From a virus (lineage: Duplodnaviria > Caudoviricetes), in IMG/VR virus record IMGVR_UViG_3300022665_000158, positions 1-59,537 of that record: DNA of 59,537 bases. One strand, 5' to 3'. A program made the position numbers and the translations under genes. The notes under the pieces are model-generated. The model ran no database searches, was not told the DNA's origin, and saw nothing but the letters and a program-made list of their open reading frames with translations. The first letter of the stretch is position 1; the number at the start of each line of letters is the position of its first letter. Shown here one piece after another: positions 56,630 to 59,537 of this stretch.

Positions 56630-57604
56630 ATGCCGTCGATCAAGATTCCCTCATTCATAGAGAAGGAGTTTCCGAAGGATATCAACTTCGGGTTCTCGGG
56701 CGGGCCTGTATTCTTCACCCAGATCTCGGCCACAACGGCCGGGTTCGAGCAGCGCCAGTTGAATTGGGAGTTTGCCCGGCACCGCTATCAGGCGTCGCAC
56801 GAGGTCAAGAATCGGGCGGAGCTGGAGACGCTGCTGGATTTTTTCTTCTCCGTGCGGGGCATGGCCGTGGGATTCCGGTTCGTGGATTGGAACGATTGGT
56901 CGAGCGACGTAGAGGCGAATCAGGGGATTGAGTACCCGGCGCTTGCCGCCGCGGCCGACATGACGTCCCACGCGATGCTGAACATCGGGAGCGGAGCGAT
57001 CGGCGTGGGCGACGGGGCGCAGGTCACCTTTCAGACGCAGAAGCTATACACGGCGGAGGTGGTCGTAGGCAACTTCCTGGGCCCCGACTCGATCACGTTC
57101 ACCGCCGCGACGGGCATTATCGCGAGGACGGTGGGCAACTGGACCACGGACGGCTTCGTGGTCGGGGACCACGTCTACGTGTCCGGGACGCTAGCGAATC
57201 TGAATGACGGGACGGCGGGCAAGATCACGGCGGTGACCGCGTTGGACCTCACCGTGGATGGTGCGCTCGTCGACGAGCTGACCCCTCGGTTGAACGTCCG
57301 GGTATTCTCCCAGGATAATGACGTTCCGCTATACCTCCGGGAGATCAATAAATTGGTGACAATCCGGGTCATAGTGGACGGCACCGTTTGGGCCGAGGCG
57401 CCGAGCGGGGTCGATACCTACACTGTGGATCTGAACACGGGCATCATTACGGCCAACACGGCGCCGCCGGCGGGGAAGCTCGTGGAGGCGGACTTCGTCT
57501 ACAACGTACCGGTCCGGTTCGAAAAGGATGATTGGCTTCAACAGCTCCAGCATTTCAATGTCGGGGACGTGGCTGACATAGAGCTGATTGAGATCAGGAT
57601 CTAG
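56630..57604 (+). CDS. distal tail protein, DUF2460/TIGR02217-like, with an inserted domain
   Basis: F.E..FP..I..G..GGP.F.T, G.E.R..NW, RG...GFRF.DW.D, GDG....FQ..K.Y, VPVRF..D. Confidence 0.85.
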   Translation: MPSIKIPSFIEKEFPKDINFGFSGGPVFFTQISATTAGFEQRQLNWEFARHRYQASHEVKNRAELETLLDFFFSVRGMAVGFRFVDWNDWSSDVEANQGIEYPALAAAADMTSHAMLNIGSGAIGVGDGAQVTFQTQKLYTAEVVVGNFLGPDSITFTAATGIIARTVGNWTTDGFVVGDHVYVSGTLANLNDGTAGKITAVTALDLTVDGALVDELTPRLNVRVFSQDNDVPLYLREINKLVTIRVIVDGTVWAEAPSGVDTYTVDLNTGIITANTAPPAGKLVEADFVYNVPVRFEKDDWLQQLQHFNVGDVADIELIEIRI

Positions 57605-57607
57605 AAA

Positions 57608-59287
57608 ATGGCCAAGACTATCTCGGCAAAGATGACTACCCTCATCCAGAGCGAAGTGCTCACCCTGGCGACGTGCTGGAAGGTAACACGCACGGACGGA
57701 GTCAAGACCTTCATTACGGACCATGACACCGATATCGTGTTCGCCGGGGACACCTACGTAGCGGCATCGGGGATCGCGCGCACCGCGATTGAATCATCGG
57801 CCGACATGAGCGTTGACAACCTCGACGTCGTCGGAATCTTCGGGGGCATCTTCAGCCGAAACGACATGGATGCCGGATTCTACGACTTCGCGGAGATCGA
57901 TATATTCAGCATCGACTGGCAAGACCCCGATGGCACCGGCGCCCTACAGCACCGGTTCGGTACGATTGGGGAAGTGCAGACAAAGGATGGCGGTTATATC
58001 GCTGAGATGCGGGGCCTGATGCAACTGTTAGAGCGGCGGCGTGGAAAGGTGTGGTCACCGGATTGTCGGACGGATCTGTTCAGCCCTCTAGTCAATGCGT
58101 TTTCCGGTCGGGCTGACGGTTGCGGGCTGTCGGCTGCGGCCTTCGAGGAGTTCGGAGTAGTCACGGCGGTGACCGACGACCGCAAGGTGACGGTGGGGGA
58201 GTTCTCGCGACTGAAGCTGGAGCCCAAGTACGCCGGGGAGTTCGGCGACGTCCAGGGCGTCCACGAGGTCGATGGGAAGGTCGAGATGGTGCTCACTATT
58301 TCCGACCTATCGCCGATGCGGCCTAAAGTGATCACAACGAAGGCCGAGCTTCAGGCAATGGAAGACGACCTCAATGGCTACTACGTGTTGGGGAACGAGA
58401 TCCTGGTGGGTACGTGGGCGACTCCTATTGGGACTAACGCCAATCCGTTCCGCGGTACGTTCGACGGGCGGGGGTTCAAGCTGCGCGACGTGTTTGCGGA
58501 TACGAACGCTGGCGGAGGGGCACCGGCCGGTCTATTTGGGGTGTGTACCGGCACGATTCGGCGGGGTCATATCGCGCGCTTCAATTCAAGATCCTCGGCG
58601 ACAGAGTGGTCCGGGTCTATCTGTGGTCGGCTACTTGGAATTGACGCCGGGAACCACCCGCTCGGCGGGGCGGGCCGGGTTGAGCAGTGTCAAGCAACCG
58701 CAGGGATTCAAATCACCGACGGTGATAAGTCCGGGGGTTTGATAGGGGAAGTCGGAGATGATACGATCGTACGTGATAACTTCGTTTCGGCCCTTAGGAA
58801 TGGGGCGGAAGGGCCCGATACAGGCGGCTGCGTCGGACGCTCGGCTGGCACGAATGTCATAGCGAAAGACAACTTCTGCAATACCGATGAATGGGCGTCG
58901 ATAGATCTGGGCAATATCACCGGCGGCGGCGTCGGAGGCTACTTTGGGCAGGTTGAGGCGGACTGGCCTACTCAAAGCAATTGGACTTTCCCATTTACAG
59001 ACAAGCGCGTGATGAACGTCATCGCGAGTACGGCCGCAACGCTATCATTCACAGCCGGGGTGACGATCGAGCGGACGGTGGGCAGCTTCATTGATGACGG
59101 CATGGAAGACAACGACCACATTACGATCACAGGATCGGCTAGCAATGATGGGGTTATTATTGTTAGGCGGGTTATTAGCACCGGATTGAGGCTCGTGACC
59201 GCCACCGCGGTTGTCACGGAACCGGCGGTGGCGATCACCTATACTGCCGCCGGCGGACCGAAGCCCCTAAGCCCGGGAAGGTTCTAG
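57608..59287 (+). CDS. tail hub protein, DUF2163/TIGR02218-like N-terminus with a replaced C-terminal half
   Basis: TLATCWKV.R.DG....TDHD, G.YD.A, AE.RGL, SP.CR..L...C; then PIG...PF.GTFDG.G and GLFG (GLUG-type beta repeat). Confidence 0.8.
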   Translation: MAKTISAKMTTLIQSEVLTLATCWKVTRTDGVKTFITDHDTDIVFAGDTYVAASGIARTAIESSADMSVDNLDVVGIFGGIFSRNDMDAGFYDFAEIDIFSIDWQDPDGTGALQHRFGTIGEVQTKDGGYIAEMRGLMQLLERRRGKVWSPDCRTDLFSPLVNAFSGRADGCGLSAAAFEEFGVVTAVTDDRKVTVGEFSRLKLEPKYAGEFGDVQGVHEVDGKVEMVLTISDLSPMRPKVITTKAELQAMEDDLNGYYVLGNEILVGTWATPIGTNANPFRGTFDGRGFKLRDVFADTNAGGGAPAGLFGVCTGTIRRGHIARFNSRSSATEWSGSICGRLLGIDAGNHPLGGAGRVEQCQATAGIQITDGDKSGGLIGEVGDDTIVRDNFVSALRNGAEGPDTGGCVGRSAGTNVIAKDNFCNTDEWASIDLGNITGGGVGGYFGQVEADWPTQSNWTFPFTDKRVMNVIASTAATLSFTAGVTIERTVGSFIDDGMEDNDHITITGSASNDGVIIVRRVISTGLRLVTATAVVTEPAVAITYTAAGGPKPLSPGRF

Positions 59288-59288
59288 A

Positions 59289-59537
59289 ATGGCGACCATT
59301 GCTATCGTTGCAGACGACACTACGTGGTTCGGAATAGATTATTTCGATGACTTGATCCAAGGATTGGGCCATACCTTGACCCGGTTTGATGAGCTAGCCG
59401 TGACGGCCTCAAACCTGAGCACCTTCGCCTTGATCGTTCACTTCGCTGTATTCGACGTGAATACTACAACGCTCGCCGGGTTCTACGAAGGCTACATGAC
59501 GGTCGATGGAATCCCGCTTCTGTTCCTGTCAGATTTT
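59289..59537 (+). CDS. 5' part of the next tail gene (partial)
   Basis: ATG 59289, MATIAIVADDTTWFG..., apparently open to the window edge. Confidence 0.55.
   Translation, partial: MATIAIVADDTTWFGIDYFDDLIQGLGHTLTRFDELAVTASNLSTFALIVHFAVFDVNTTTLAGFYEGYMTVDGIPLLFLSDF

Noticed and set aside
1-59537. Alternative genetic code suggested by the TTA-like anticodon
   Set aside because: Conserved genes are intact under code 11 and end normally in TAA, TAG and TGA
1-59537. Diversity-generating retroelement, retron, integrase or lysis cassette
   Set aside because: No reverse transcriptase, recombinase or endolysin motifs seen; small TM proteins alone do not justify a holin call

Overview
A 59.5 kb fragment of a GC-rich tailed dsDNA phage (Caudoviricetes, probably siphovirus-like). 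Essentially all credible genes lie on the + strand. Order: HNH and a phosphatase cassette; family A DNA polymerase; portal and head-morphogenesis protein; about 34 kb of small accessory genes (SWIM-DUF488, DUF3268, YkgJ-like, a 956-aa coiled-coil protein, Rnl2-type RNA ligase, Fic, tRNA-Asn, ParB-MTase, terminase small and large subunits, P-loop kinase, beta clamp, two RapZ-C proteins, HAD, DUF6011, T5 A1-like metallophosphoesterase, ClpP-like protease); then a head-neck-tail module (XkdF-like protease, scaffold-like protein, capsid, neck, tail tube, frameshifted chaperone, tape measure, DUF2460 and DUF2163 tail-tip proteins). No integrase, endolysin or CRISPR array was seen. Main unexplained signals: (1) a perfect 14-bp palindrome TGCAAGCGCTTGCA present at least 10 times, in all three coding frames and in intergenic DNA; (2) six sigma28/FliA-like promoter matches; (3) five cysteine-based rhodanese/phosphatase-superfamily genes alongside RNA-repair-type enzymes; (4) a non-canonical tRNA-like RNA and two other structured RNA candidates; (5) two homing endonuclease genes whose N-termini copy that of the downstream gene. 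All family calls come from motifs recognised by eye, not from database searches.
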